Assembly: GCA_024636395.1 (NCBI GenBank) | Contig: JAGXHD010000088.1 | Span: 1-37,472, forward strand | Direction of reading: 5' to 3' | Source of the DNA: Sulfitobacter sp. | GTDB lineage: Bacteria > Pseudomonadota > Alphaproteobacteria > Rhodobacterales > Rhodobacteraceae | DNA length: 37,472 bases | In this document: positions 1-9,892 of the stretch, one piece after another | How the letters are laid out: each line of letters starts with the position of its first letter | Numbering within the stretch: the first letter of the stretch is position 1 | Notes under the pieces: model-generated | Databases searched by the model: none | What the model saw: the letters and a program-made list of their open reading frames with translations, nothing else | What the model was told of the DNA's origin: nothing | Made by a program: the position numbers and the translations under genes

Positions 1-2
1 AC

Positions 3-998
3 GATCCGACCGACGAGCCCGCGCCTGCCGCGCTGCAACACGACGCCACCGAGGCCGAAGCCGCTGCACTCGCTGTCGAGGGCATTGCACAGGTACAGTC
101 TGCCAGTGCCGCCTATGGCGCGCGCGAGGTCCACTTTGCGGGATCGAACGGATTTTCAGGCGGCTACCGTCGTACCGACCGTGCGCTGAGTTGTGTCGCG
201 ATTGCCGGAACGGGCGCCGCGATGGAGCGGGACTACGACGGGGACAGCCGTATATTTCAAAGCGATCTGCGCAGCGCAACAGAGATCGGCCGCAGTGCAG
301 GAGAGCGCACGTTACTCCGCCTTGGCGCGCGCAAGCCCCCCACAGGCACCTATCCCGTACTCTTCGACGAGCGTATCTCCAGCTCTCTGATCGGGCATCT
401 GCTTTCGGCGATCAACGGCAGCGCGATCACGCGTGGCGCCTCCTTCCTGCGCGGGGCCATGGGTGAGCGGGTGCTGCCCGAAGGCCTCTCGTTAATCGAG
501 GATCCACACCGTCCGCGCATCAGCGGCAGCCGCCCGTTCGATGCGGAGTTCCTCCCGACATCAAAGCGCGCTGTCGTCGAGGATGGCGTGCTCAAAAGCT
601 GGACGCTCGACCTCGGAACAGGTCGGCAGCTGGGCCTGCCCTCCACGGCCAACGCCTCACGGGGGACCAGCTTCGGCCCGTCGCCGAGCCCGTGGAACAT
701 GGCGCTGACCCAAGGCGAGGCCACCCGCGAAGACCTGATCCGCGATATGGGCACTGGCCTGCTGGTAACGTCGATGATCGGCTCCACGATCAACCCAAAC
801 ACGGGCGATTACTCGCGCGGTGCCGCCGGACTCTGGGTGGAGAATGGCGAGATCACCCATGCGGTGAACGAATGCACGATTGCCGGCAATCTGCGCGATA
901 TGCTGCTGGCGATCGTCCCTGCCAACGACGCGCGGGCGCATCTGAGCCGCGTCGTGCCTTCGCTTCTCGTTCCGGGGATGACCATTGCCGGCAGCTGA
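3..998 (+). CDS. pmbA: PmbA/TldE family metalloprotease modulator, 5'-truncated by the window edge
   Basis: Hand translation shows frame 3 is open from nt 3 to the first Met at 222, so the gene starts upstream of the window. The C-terminus (GLWVENGEITHAVNECTIAGNLRDML...PGMTIAGS) matches the conserved PmbA C-terminal block as I remember it from E. coli. Confidence 0.85.
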   Translation, partial: DPTDEPAPAALQHDATEAEAAALAVEGIAQVQSASAAYGAREVHFAGSNGFSGGYRRTDRALSCVAIAGTGAAMERDYDGDSRIFQSDLRSATEIGRSAGERTLLRLGARKPPTGTYPVLFDERISSSLIGHLLSAINGSAITRGASFLRGAMGERVLPEGLSLIEDPHRPRISGSRPFDAEFLPTSKRAVVEDGVLKSWTLDLGTGRQLGLPSTANASRGTSFGPSPSPWNMALTQGEATREDLIRDMGTGLLVTSMIGSTINPNTGDYSRGAAGLWVENGEITHAVNECTIAGNLRDMLLAIVPANDARAHLSRVVPSLLVPGMTIAGS

Positions 999-1761
999 TC
1001 TTCCTCTGCTGATTGATGCCGCGCGCATGGCAGGCCGTGTCGCGACAAGTTTTGTCGGGACGTCCGCCCGGCGCTGGGACAAGCCCGGAGGCGCGGGACC
1101 GGTGACAGAGGCCGATCTAGCCGTGAACGATATGCTGAAATCGGTACTTCTGCTGTCGCGGCCTGGCTATGGATGGCTCTCGGAGGAAAGCGAGGACGGC
1201 GCAGAGCGCCTCGATCAGGAGCGGGTTTTCATCGTCGATCCGATTGACGGCACCCGCAGCTTTACCGAAGGGGCCAACACATGGGCCCACGCCATTGCCG
1301 TGGCCGAGCGCGGCAGGATCACGGCGGCTGTCGTGTATCTCCCCTTGCTCGATCTGCTTTATACTGCCGCTCTAGGCGGCGGGGCGCATCTCAACGGGGC
1401 GCCCATCCGTGCCTCTGCCGTGGCCGATTTCGGGCAGGCCTGTATTCTCGCAGCCAAACCAGTCATGGCAGGCACCGCATGGCGCAGCGGGGCGTGCCCT
1501 GCGTTCAAGCCGGCGTATCGGCCGTCACTGGCCTACCGCCTTGGCCTTGTCGGACAGGCGAAGTTCGATGCCATGTTAACGCTGCGCCCCAGCTGGGAAT
1601 GGGATATTGCCGCAGGGGCGCTCATTGTGGCCGAAGCGGGCGGGACGATCACAGACCAGCGCGGCGCACCTTTGCGGTTCAACGGGGCCGATCCGCGCCT
1701 CGATGGTGTGGTCGCCGGTGGGCAGGCGATTCATGCAGCGCTCATAGACGCGCTGGTGTGA
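985..1761 (+). CDS. Inositol monophosphatase / CysQ-like bisphosphate nucleotidase family protein
   Basis: IMPase family motifs are present: WLSEESED, IVDPIDGTRSF and WEWDIAAGALIVAEAGG. The only possible start is TTG 985, because an in-frame TGA lies at 979-981. It overlaps the pmbA stop by 14 nt. Confidence 0.85.
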   Translation: MPAADLPLLIDAARMAGRVATSFVGTSARRWDKPGGAGPVTEADLAVNDMLKSVLLLSRPGYGWLSEESEDGAERLDQERVFIVDPIDGTRSFTEGANTWAHAIAVAERGRITAAVVYLPLLDLLYTAALGGGAHLNGAPIRASAVADFGQACILAAKPVMAGTAWRSGACPAFKPAYRPSLAYRLGLVGQAKFDAMLTLRPSWEWDIAAGALIVAEAGGTITDQRGAPLRFNGADPRLDGVVAGGQAIHAALIDALV

Positions 1762-1834
1762 GTAGCGTGCCTGCTTGACGGCACAGTACCCCGCCGTGCA
1801 AACAAAGGCTGAATGAAATCAAAGGAAATACACC

Positions 1835-2077
1835 ATGACCCAACGCCTGCACCTCGTTTTTGGGGGCGAGCTGGTGAACCCCAGCGAAAATACGTTCAAG
1901 AACGTCGATGATCTGCACATCGTGGGTATCTTCCCGAACTACGCAACCGCCTATGACGCGTGGAAGAACGAGGCACAGCGCACCGTGGACAACGCCCATA
2001 TGCGCTATTTCATCGCTCATTTGCACCGCCTGCGCGATGAGGCGACGCCCGCATCGTCCACCGAAGAATTGGGCTAG
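1835..2077 (+). CDS. DUF4170 domain-containing small protein
   Basis: This 80-aa ORF (LHLVFGGELVNP...IVGIFPNYATAYDAWK) matches the small conserved alphaproteobacterial protein usually found just upstream of kdtA. An AAAGGAAA RBS lies 7 nt before the ATG. Confidence 0.75.
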   Translation: MTQRLHLVFGGELVNPSENTFKNVDDLHIVGIFPNYATAYDAWKNEAQRTVDNAHMRYFIAHLHRLRDEATPASSTEELG

Positions 2078-2084
2078 CCGCGCT

Positions 2085-3308
2085 GTGGCGGTATCGCTGG
2101 GCCTCTCCGCCTACCGGGCACTTGCGCGGCGCGGAGAGGTGCGGCTTCCCCACTTCTCAGAGCCGCGACCGACGGGCGAGCTCTTGTGGATCCATTGCGC
2201 CGAGGCGGACGCCTATCTCGCCGTCGTTGATCTGGCGCAGCGCCAGATTGCCAGCCGCCCCGGTCTTGGTGTTCTGATCTCCACCACTGCACCGCCGCGC
2301 GACCTGGAAGCGGAGCGGCCCATCGGTATCATCATCTGCGATATCTGCGAAGAACACCCCGACAGCGTGCGGGCGTTTCTGGATCACTGGTCGCCAGATT
2401 GCTGTGTCTGGACGTGGGGCGGACTGCGCCCAAATCTGATCATCGCGACTGCGCAACGGGGATGCGCCCTCTATCTGATCAATGCGGATGCCGCAGGTTT
2501 CGATGGCCGCCGTGAGCGTTGGATCCCCGATGTGGCGCGCAGTCTGTTGCCGCTGTTCGCCGCTGTCATGGCCCGCACCCCTGCGACAGGTCGGCGGCTG
2601 ATGCAGCTGGGGCTCGGCAAGGAGGACGTGGAGATTACGACGGCCCTGCAAGCGGGCGGTCAGGCGCTGCCCTGCAACGAGACGGATCTTGCCGACCTTG
2701 CCGCGACCTGTGTGGGCCGCGCGATCTGGTTCGCCAATGGTGTGCACTCCGAGGAGCTGCAAACCGTGCTCGCGGCGCACCGACAGGCCCTTCGGCTGTC
2801 ACACCGACTCCTGCTGGTCCTGCGCCCGGCGGGGAGCCTTACGCCGGGGGAGGCCTTCCAAGAGGCGCGCACGCAGGACTTCAGGGTGCTGAACTGGGAT
2901 GACGGCAATTACCCCGACGAGACCACGCAGATACTCATCTCGGAGGATCCACGCGACATCGGACTGTTCTACCGTGTGGCGCCCGTCTCGTTTCTTGGTG
3001 GCTCACTGGTCGCCGGACGCGGCAGCGTCGATCCGCTGGAGGCGGCCGCTCTCGGATCTGCGGTGCTCTACGGGCCGCGCGTGGGGCGCCATTTGCAAAG
3101 TTATTCACGTCTCGCCGCAGCGGGGGCGGCACGAATTATCAATGACAGCGCTGCGCTGGGAATGGCCGTGTCGCGGCTGGTAGCGCCCGATCAGGCGGCC
3201 CTGATGGCCCATGCCGGCTGGGATGTCGTGAGCGAGGGCGCCGCCCTCACAGACCGGATTACCGATCTGGTGCAGGACACACTCGATACCCAGCGCGGTG
3301 TAAGCTAA
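2085..3308 (+). CDS. waaA: 3-deoxy-D-manno-octulosonic acid transferase
   Basis: Glycosyltransferase family 30-like sequence with synteny directly upstream of lpxK. The stop overlaps the lpxK ATG (TAATG). I chose the start at in-frame GTG 2085, just after the DUF4170 stop. The longer ORF from 1908 would overlap DUF4170 and reads as non-protein-like. Confidence 0.75.
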   Translation: MAVSLGLSAYRALARRGEVRLPHFSEPRPTGELLWIHCAEADAYLAVVDLAQRQIASRPGLGVLISTTAPPRDLEAERPIGIIICDICEEHPDSVRAFLDHWSPDCCVWTWGGLRPNLIIATAQRGCALYLINADAAGFDGRRERWIPDVARSLLPLFAAVMARTPATGRRLMQLGLGKEDVEITTALQAGGQALPCNETDLADLAATCVGRAIWFANGVHSEELQTVLAAHRQALRLSHRLLLVLRPAGSLTPGEAFQEARTQDFRVLNWDDGNYPDETTQILISEDPRDIGLFYRVAPVSFLGGSLVAGRGSVDPLEAAALGSAVLYGPRVGRHLQSYSRLAAAGAARIINDSAALGMAVSRLVAPDQAALMAHAGWDVVSEGAALTDRITDLVQDTLDTQRGVS

Positions 3309-4300
3309 TGCGGGCACCTGATTTTTGGCACCGACCCAAACCGGGGCTTAGGGCACGGCTGCTGCAGCCATTGGGCGCACTTTATGCCCGCGGTACAGCG
3401 CGCAGGCTGTCCAATGGACCGTACCGGAAGATGGATGTGCCGGTGATCTGTGTGGGCAACATCAACGCAGGCGGCACCGGTAAGACTCCCACCGTGATCG
3501 CTATCGCGGAGCGCCTGCGCGATCTTTATATGGAGCCACACATTGTCTCTCGCGGCTATGGCGGGACGCTGGAAGGGCCGGTGCGCGTCGACCCTGCAAG
3601 CCACACGGCTGCACAGGTTGGCGATGAGCCATTGCTGCTGGCTGCCTTCGCCGAGGTCTGGGTCGCTAAGGACCGTGCCGCCGGAGCAAGCGCTGCACAA
3701 GAGGCGGGCGCCAAAGCGATAATCCTCGACGACGGCTTCCAGAACCCCTCGCTGGCCTATGATCTGAGTATTGTCGTGGTGGATGCCGCCAAGGGGTTCG
3801 GCAATGGCCTGTGCCTGCCCGCAGGGCCACTACGTGAGCCCGTCGGGACCGGACTGGCACGCGCCGATCTGCTGTTGTCGATTGGCGAGGAAGCAGCACA
3901 GGAAAGCTTTGATACCACTTTGCTCCCCGAAGGCTTGCCCCATATCCGCGCCGCACTCGTTCCCCTCCAAACGGGCATGGACTGGACCGATACGCCGCTG
4001 TTGGCCTTTGCGGGGATCGCGCATCCCGAGAAGTTTTTTGCCACATTGCGCGGTCTTGGCGCCACGCTGGTGCACGCGGAGCCACTGGTGGACCACCAGC
4101 CACTCACCTCCGCGCTGATGGGCAGACTCGAAGCGGATGCCCGCGCCTGGGGGGCGCAGCTTGTCACAACGGAAAAAGACGCAGTGCGCCTTCCACCCGC
4201 GTTCCGGATGAAAGTGATCACCCTGCCGGTGAGGCTGAAAATACCGGAGCAGAACCCGCTTTGGGACGCCTTGAAAAAACTGGCCTCTGGCACGCCCTAG
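3308..4300 (+). CDS. lpxK: Tetraacyldisaccharide 4'-kinase
   Basis: P-loop [13 protein letters not shown] near the N-terminus, about 330 aa, positioned after kdtA. Confidence 0.9.
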   Translation: MRAPDFWHRPKPGLRARLLQPLGALYARGTARRLSNGPYRKMDVPVICVGNINAGGTGKTPTVIAIAERLRDLYMEPHIVSRGYGGTLEGPVRVDPASHTAAQVGDEPLLLAAFAEVWVAKDRAAGASAAQEAGAKAIILDDGFQNPSLAYDLSIVVVDAAKGFGNGLCLPAGPLREPVGTGLARADLLLSIGEEAAQESFDTTLLPEGLPHIRAALVPLQTGMDWTDTPLLAFAGIAHPEKFFATLRGLGATLVHAEPLVDHQPLTSALMGRLEADARAWGAQLVTTEKDAVRLPPAFRMKVITLPVRLKIPEQNPLWDALKKLASGTP

Positions 4301-4315
4301 ATCAAAGCCGCTTCT

Positions 4316-5428
4316 TCAGTTGTCCTCGCCCAGCATTGGCGCGGGTCGGTGCAAAGATAGCTCCGCCCCCGAAAACTTGAACGGCGAGTTGATCCCCGGC
4401 ACGCCGTCCAGCTCGATCTGCATTCCCCGCGCTTTGACCTGCGGATCGTCGAACGTATCCTGCATCGTGTTGATCGGACCTGCGGGCACAGTGTTCGCTT
4501 CGCAAAGGGCGAGCAGATCGTCGCGCGTGTGTAGACGTGTCGCCGCAGACAGAGCTGTGTTCATTGCCGGGCGATTGGCGACGCGGTCGGCGTTTTTCAT
4601 GTAAGCCGGATCGCTGCCCATCTCGGGCATACCCAAAAGCGAGCACAGCCGCCGGAACTGTCCGTCATTTCCTGTAGCGATGATGATGTGGCCATCGGAT
4701 GTCTCGAAAACCTCATAGGGTGTGAGGTTCGGATGGGCGTTGCCCAACCGCGTCGGCGGGGTGCCGGTCGTAAGGTAATTCATCGCCTGATTGCCGGTGA
4801 TCGAGACAGCGCAATCCAGAAGCGCCATATCGATATGCTGGCCTACGCCCGTTGTCGTGCGCTGATGGACTGCTGCCAGAATTGCGGTTGTGGAATAGAT
4901 GCCGGTGAAGATATCCGTGATCGCCATACCGTGCTTTTGCGGCGGGCCATCCGGCTCTCCGGTGATCGACATCAGACCCGACATGCCCTGTATGATGAAA
5001 TCATAGCCCGGACGGTGGGCATAGGGGCCGGTCTGGCCAAAACCGGTGATGGAGCAGTAGATCAGCTTGGGGAAGCGGCCGCTGAGTGTTGCATAATCCA
5101 TGCCGTATTTTGCGAGGCCGCCCGTTTTGAAGTTCTCGATCAGGATATCGGCATCTTCCAGCAGGGCGAGCAGTTTTGCCTGCCCCGCGTCCGTGCGCAG
5201 GTCAACGGTGACAGAGGCTTTGCCCCGGTTGGCCGAATGGAAATAGGAGGCCGACCGGTCGTCCCCCCGCTCCACAAAGGGCGGGCCCCACTGGCGGGTA
5301 TCATCGCCTTCGGGGCTCTCTACCTTGATCACTTCCGCGCCCAGATCGGCCAGCGTCTGGCCGGCCCAGGGGCCCGCCAGAACACGCGCCAGCTCGATCA
5401 CCTTGAGCCCTGCGAGCGGCGAGGCCAT
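4316..5428 (-). CDS. CaiB/BaiF family III CoA-transferase
   Basis: The N-terminus LKVIELARVLAGPWAGQTLADLGAEVIKVE..GDDTR is the family III CoA-transferase signature. Length is 370 aa. Confidence 0.85.
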   Translation of the reverse strand: MASPLAGLKVIELARVLAGPWAGQTLADLGAEVIKVESPEGDDTRQWGPPFVERGDDRSASYFHSANRGKASVTVDLRTDAGQAKLLALLEDADILIENFKTGGLAKYGMDYATLSGRFPKLIYCSITGFGQTGPYAHRPGYDFIIQGMSGLMSITGEPDGPPQKHGMAITDIFTGIYSTTAILAAVHQRTTTGVGQHIDMALLDCAVSITGNQAMNYLTTGTPPTRLGNAHPNLTPYEVFETSDGHIIIATGNDGQFRRLCSLLGMPEMGSDPAYMKNADRVANRPAMNTALSAATRLHTRDDLLALCEANTVPAGPINTMQDTFDDPQVKARGMQIELDGVPGINSPFKFSGAELSLHRPAPMLGEDN

Positions 5429-6111
5429 CAGCCGGCCAACGCTTCGTCGATGATCGCCTTCATATCGGGGTAGCTCATGTTGGAATATTTCTTCCCGTTG
5501 ATGATGAAGCTCGGCGTGCTGTCGATCTGATCAGCTTCGGCGTTTTGCTGATACCATGCGACCAGAGTCTGCGCCTGCTCGGCGTCTTGCAGGCATGCTT
5601 CCAGCGTGTCGTTGTCCAGCCCGGCCAGACGACCGATCTTGCGCAGCTCCTCGACGATAGCGGCAGGTTCGCCAGCACGGGTCCACTGGTCCTGACCGGC
5701 GTAGATCAGATCTGCAATACCAAAGTATTTCTCAGGTCCGCCACAGCGCGCCACCAATGATGCCCACAGGCCGAAACGGTCAAAGAACACCTCGCGGTAG
5801 ACGAAGCGGACCTTGCCCGTGTCGATGTATTCTTCACGCAACTGCTTGTAAGCGCCTTTGTGGAAGGTTGCGCAATGGGGGCAAGTGAAGGAGGCGTATT
5901 CGATGATCTCCACGGTCGCATCAGGATTGCCCGCAATCATATCCTGCACACCCGATGTGTCGATCTCGCCGCTCGTCGTCTGTGCATTGGCCGCACCCGG
6001 CAGGGGCGCATCTGGGAAGGCGACCATGGTGCTGCTGCGGTTGCTGGTCATGTACCAGCCGCCAAGGCCGATGGCGGCAACGCCGCCCAAGAGGATGTTT
6101 CTGCGGTTCAT
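5428..6111 (-). CDS. DsbA family thiol:disulfide oxidoreductase (exported or anchored)
   Basis: Thioredoxin-fold CPHC active site (FTCPHCATFH). The N-terminus MNRRNILLGGVAAIGLGG is hydrophobic and signal-like. Its stop overlaps the CoA-transferase start by 1 nt (TGATG). Confidence 0.85.
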   Translation of the reverse strand: MNRRNILLGGVAAIGLGGWYMTSNRSSTMVAFPDAPLPGAANAQTTSGEIDTSGVQDMIAGNPDATVEIIEYASFTCPHCATFHKGAYKQLREEYIDTGKVRFVYREVFFDRFGLWASLVARCGGPEKYFGIADLIYAGQDQWTRAGEPAAIVEELRKIGRLAGLDNDTLEACLQDAEQAQTLVAWYQQNAEADQIDSTPSFIINGKKYSNMSYPDMKAIIDEALAG

Positions 6112-6162
6112 GGGTATGTTCCTTCTTTCAGTGTCGGTTTTACGAACGCGATGGTCGAACGC

Positions 6163-6672
6163 TCAGCGGTTGTTCTTGTTCAATATGTTCTCGCCCAGCC
6201 GCGCAAGGGCATCGCGCAGGCTTTCGTCGCCAATGCTCGATGCTGTCTGAGTGGCTTTGGCCCTTATCGCGGGATCGGGTGCCGGGTCGGCTTTCTTCGG
6301 CGCATGCTCGAACGCTACGCGGCCCTCGGCGAAGCCTGTCGCCGCCGTCTGCGTGACCCGCACACGCGCGATTGCATTGTAGCCGTAGACGGCATTAACG
6401 CGTGCGCGCAGTTGCTCCTTTTGCATTTCAAGTACTGGCGCATTTGCCCCAGTGGTCAGCAGCGTCAGCGTCGCCCCCATCCCGCCCCGACCGTACGATA
6501 CCTCCACTGGCCGCGAGATCGCAGCCGCTTCCTCTCCCGCGACCTCAGCCCAGTTGGTCAGCAGACGCGATTGCGCGAACCCGCGGCCCTCGGATACCTT
6601 GCGGATCTTCCCGGTGAGCAGACTGGCAGTGCGGGCGAAGCCCTTCGTTGTGGTGCGGCGAGGCGGCGGCAT
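6163..6672 (-). CDS. DUF721 domain-containing protein
   Basis: The block LLTNWAEVAGEEAA...TLTLLTTGANAPVLEMQKEQLRARVNAVYGYNAI resembles DUF721, and the gene is divergent from mutY as in many alphaproteobacteria. I chose the start at ATG 6672 (MPPPRR). The ORF is open up to 6774. Confidence 0.6.
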   Translation of the reverse strand: MPPPRRTTTKGFARTASLLTGKIRKVSEGRGFAQSRLLTNWAEVAGEEAAAISRPVEVSYGRGGMGATLTLLTTGANAPVLEMQKEQLRARVNAVYGYNAIARVRVTQTAATGFAEGRVAFEHAPKKADPAPDPAIRAKATQTASSIGDESLRDALARLGENILNKNNR

Positions 6673-6800
6673 GATGCTGTGCGTGCTTTCTGGCTCGGGT
6701 GGTAGCCCTTCGAGGCGTACCACGCTATGTGGGTCTACAAAGATCATAGCGCAAGGCGGCAGCCCTGCCACCATGGCAATTCAGGATTGGTTCATAAACT

Positions 6801-7898
6801 GTGCGTGAGAATGATAACATAGCTGCAACCCTGCTGGCGTGGTACGACCTCCACGCGCGCGAGATGCCCTGGCGCGTCTCGCCGCAGGCGCGCAAAGCAG
6901 GCGTGCGCCCGGATCCCTACGCCATCTGGTTGAGCGAAATCATGCTTCAACAGACCACCGTTGCCACGGTCCGGGACTACTTCCGCAGGTTCATCGCGCG
7001 CTGGCCCACGGTCCGCGATCTGGCGGCAGCCGAGGATGCAGACGTGATGGGCGAATGGGCCGGGCTTGGATACTACGCGCGGGCGCGCAATCTGCTGAAA
7101 TGCGCCCGAGCAGTGGTGGCTGAGCATGAGGGCGTATTTCCCGCAGATCACGCGGCGCTGCTGAGGCTTCCCGGCATCGGGCCCTACACCGCCGCAGCCG
7201 TCTCCTCCATCGCATTCGATCTGCCGCATGCAGTGCTCGACGGGAATGTGGAGCGGGTTATGGCGCGGATCTATAACCTGCACACACCCTTGCCCGAGGC
7301 AAAACCGCAGCTGATGATCCAAGCGGACAAACACACGCCCGCAGTGCGCCCAGGGGATTATGCGCAGGCTGTTATGGATCTGGGGGCTACGATCTGCACC
7401 CCCAAATCGCCCGCCTGCGGAATCTGTCCATGGCGGACACCCTGTTCCGCACGCGCGGCGGGGACGGCGGCCGAACTGCCGCGGAAAACGCCGAAAAAAG
7501 CCAAGCCGGTCCGCCATGGCACAGTCTATCTGGGTCGGCGCAAAGACGGCGCATGGCTACTGGAAACGCGGCCCGAAAAGGGCCTGCTCGGTGGGATGCT
7601 GGGATGGCCCGGCTCAGATTGGGTCGACGCGGGCTTGCCCCATCCCGAAAGTGATCCACCGGCGCAGGGCAAGTGGAGCGCAAGCCCGGGCGATGTGCGC
7701 CACACCTTCACCCATTTTCACCTGATCCTGCGCGTGATGACAGCCGATCTCGCGCAAGACTGCACGCCCCACAGGGGTTCGTTCAAGCAGCCCGATGCTT
7801 TCTGCCCCTCCGATTTACCAACCGTGATGCGCAAGGCTTTCGACCTGCTGCGCTCGGACGCTACGCCACATGGGACAGAAGGCGGTACTCTGCTATAG
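6801..7898 (+). CDS. mutY: A/G-specific adenine DNA glycosylase
   Basis: LLAWY..H.R.MPWR and PYAIWLSEIMLQQTTV are present, with HhH-GPD (LPGIGPYTAAAV) and a 4-Cys cluster (C..KSPACGICPW...C). GTG 6801 is the first start after an in-frame TAA at 6795. Confidence 0.9.
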   Translation: MRENDNIAATLLAWYDLHAREMPWRVSPQARKAGVRPDPYAIWLSEIMLQQTTVATVRDYFRRFIARWPTVRDLAAAEDADVMGEWAGLGYYARARNLLKCARAVVAEHEGVFPADHAALLRLPGIGPYTAAAVSSIAFDLPHAVLDGNVERVMARIYNLHTPLPEAKPQLMIQADKHTPAVRPGDYAQAVMDLGATICTPKSPACGICPWRTPCSARAAGTAAELPRKTPKKAKPVRHGTVYLGRRKDGAWLLETRPEKGLLGGMLGWPGSDWVDAGLPHPESDPPAQGKWSASPGDVRHTFTHFHLILRVMTADLAQDCTPHRGSFKQPDAFCPSDLPTVMRKAFDLLRSDATPHGTEGGTLL

Positions 7899-7923
7899 TC
7901 CTCAAAGAAACAAGGCTGCGACC

Positions 7924-9075
7924 ATGACCGATACCGCCCCGCCGATACCGCCCTCCGAGCTGGCAAAGTTCAGCCGTGCGTTACCATTCTGGCTTTCGCT
8001 TGGCTTGGTCCCGCTGGCGTGGGTCGCAGCGCTTTACGGCGGCTGGTGGCTGCTGCTGGTTCCGGTGGTGACGTGGTACCTTTTTTCCGCGCTCGACGCC
8101 GCCTTGGGGCTGAACACCGAAAACGCAGATCTATCCGTGCAGGATCGTGATCTTTACTGGTACAAGACGATCACCGTTGTCTGGGCACCCGTGCAACTCG
8201 CGCTTCTCGCGAGCCTGCTGTGGTACGTCCCGCAGGCGGAGCATCTGAGCACACTCGAGCGGATCGGCGTTTTCTTCGGCGTAGGCGTGATTACAGGCAC
8301 TGTCGGGATCAATTATTCTCACGAGCTGATGCACCAGAAAAGCAAGCTGGAGCGCTGGATGGCCGATCTGCTTCTGGCGATGGTACTCTATTCACACTTC
8401 CGCTCAGAGCATCTGCTGGTTCATCACCGCTATGTCGCGACACCGCGCGATCCGGTCACCGCACGCTACAACGAGGGGTTTCACCGCTATTACCCCCGCG
8501 TGCTGCGCGAGTGCTGGATCAGCGCGTTCCGTGCGGAAAAAGCTATGTTGGCCCGCAAGTCGCACCCGTGGACAGATCTCAGCAATCCGTTCTGGCGCTA
8601 CTGGGCCCTTCAGGCGGTATTTTTTGCGCTGGCCTTCGCCCTTGGCGGCTGGTCAGGCGTGGGACTGTTCATCGTGCAGGCGGGCGTGGCCATCTGGCAG
8701 CTGGAGCTTGTGAATTACATCGAGCACTACGGGTTGACCCGCAAGCATTTGGGAAACGGTAAATACGAGCATGTCCAGCCACATCACAGCTGGAACGCGA
8801 CACAAAAAGCGTCCAATTGGCTGCTGATCAATCTCCAACGGCACTCGGATCATCATTACAAACCAGATCGCCGGTTTCCGGTTCTCCAAACATACGGGCC
8901 TGACGAGGCGCCACAACTGCCGTTCGGTTATCCGATGATGACCATGCTGGCGATGATGCCGCCGCTGTGGCGACGGGTGATGAACCCGCGCGTTCGCCAC
9001 TGGCGTTCTCAGTATTATCCCGAGGTCACGGACTGGCAGGCCTACAATCGCGCCGAGACGCCGCTGCCCCGCTAA
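7924..9075 (+). CDS. alkB: Alkane 1-monooxygenase (AlkB-type membrane di-iron hydroxylase)
   Basis: All His boxes are present: HELMHQ, EHLLVHH, NYIEHYGL and LQRHSDHH. There are N-terminal TM helices. The start is ATG 7924 (MTDTAPP). Confidence 0.8.
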   Translation: MTDTAPPIPPSELAKFSRALPFWLSLGLVPLAWVAALYGGWWLLLVPVVTWYLFSALDAALGLNTENADLSVQDRDLYWYKTITVVWAPVQLALLASLLWYVPQAEHLSTLERIGVFFGVGVITGTVGINYSHELMHQKSKLERWMADLLLAMVLYSHFRSEHLLVHHRYVATPRDPVTARYNEGFHRYYPRVLRECWISAFRAEKAMLARKSHPWTDLSNPFWRYWALQAVFFALAFALGGWSGVGLFIVQAGVAIWQLELVNYIEHYGLTRKHLGNGKYEHVQPHHSWNATQKASNWLLINLQRHSDHHYKPDRRFPVLQTYGPDEAPQLPFGYPMMTMLAMMPPLWRRVMNPRVRHWRSQYYPEVTDWQAYNRAETPLPR

Positions 9076-9134
9076 ACGCATCTTAACTCCTTGGCACGAT
9101 ACAGGACCTGTAGCTTAGTACTCAGGGGATTCGG

Positions 9135-9557
9135 ATGCACCAATACGCCGCAACAGATCTGTCGGAGGGGGCGACCTGCCTTATTGTCGAAGACAGCCAA
9201 TTCTACCAGCAGATGATGACACGCGTGGTCATACGCGCGGGCGGCAAAATGCAGGTTAAAGTGGCCCCAACCCTGAAATCTGCCCGCATCGCGCTCGACG
9301 CTGGCGAAATATCCCTGATTTTACTGGACAACAATCTCCCCGATGGGATCGGTGCGGAATTTGCACTGGAGCTGGCGGCCAATCCTAAGCACGCGAGGAT
9401 TCCCGTGATCATGGTGAGCGACTGGCCCACACCTTTCATTTGGGAAAAAGCAGCTTCTGCGGGCGTACTTTACGTGGTGAACAAGGCCGATTTTGGTGTG
9501 CGCTACGTCGAACAGGCGCTGCGCAACGGGTTGCGCAAGCGAGAGCGCGTCAGTTGA
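9135..9557 (+). CDS. Single-domain response regulator (receiver only)
   Basis: This 140-aa protein has the receiver residues: acidic pair E19-D20 (LIVEDS), acceptor D65 (LILLDNNLPDG), S95 (VIMVSD) and K117 (VVNKAD). There is no output domain. Confidence 0.8.
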   Translation: MHQYAATDLSEGATCLIVEDSQFYQQMMTRVVIRAGGKMQVKVAPTLKSARIALDAGEISLILLDNNLPDGIGAEFALELAANPKHARIPVIMVSDWPTPFIWEKAASAGVLYVVNKADFGVRYVEQALRNGLRKRERVS

Positions 9558-9892
9558 TCGGCACTTGAAACGCGATAAGAATCCGCGCCGGCAGGCGTGA
9601 TTATTGTCAAGATTTTTAGGGCGTGGTAGCGTTGTTAAGCGTATGTAGAACCCGCTTTTGCCCTCGGCATTGTGCCCAAAATCATGCGGGCGTTGCTCAT
9701 TGTGTTATCTATGGCCAGTTATGCACGGCTTATTCTTCGGAACGGTTGGTCGGCATTATTCAAGCATCCCAATAATTATCCCCCCAAGCCCTAAGCACTG
9801 ACACATGCACTCAAACGTGTGATGATCGGATCCGCCGTAACATTGATTTCTATCATCATAGCCGCGTTCTAACTTGGCACATTCGCCATCTT

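Noticed and set aside
1908-2084. An N-terminal extension of the kdtA ORF overlapping the DUF4170 gene
   Set aside because: The extension reads as low-complexity R/P/T/S sequence and overlaps a well-supported small gene in another frame. In-frame GTG 2085 right after the DUF4170 stop is the more plausible start.
4688-7517. Several 230-280-aa antisense ORFs (4688-5473 +, 5860-6705 +, 6792-7517 -), plus similar ones at 30257-31081, 33639-34448, 35013-35777 and 36414-37109
   Set aside because: Each lies opposite a gene with clear family motifs and has Arg/Gly/Ala-biased, motif-free translations.
9092-9106. A sigma-54-like TGGCAC upstream of the receiver gene
   Set aside because: The -12 element is missing. 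TGGCAC-N5 is followed by AGGA, not TTGC.
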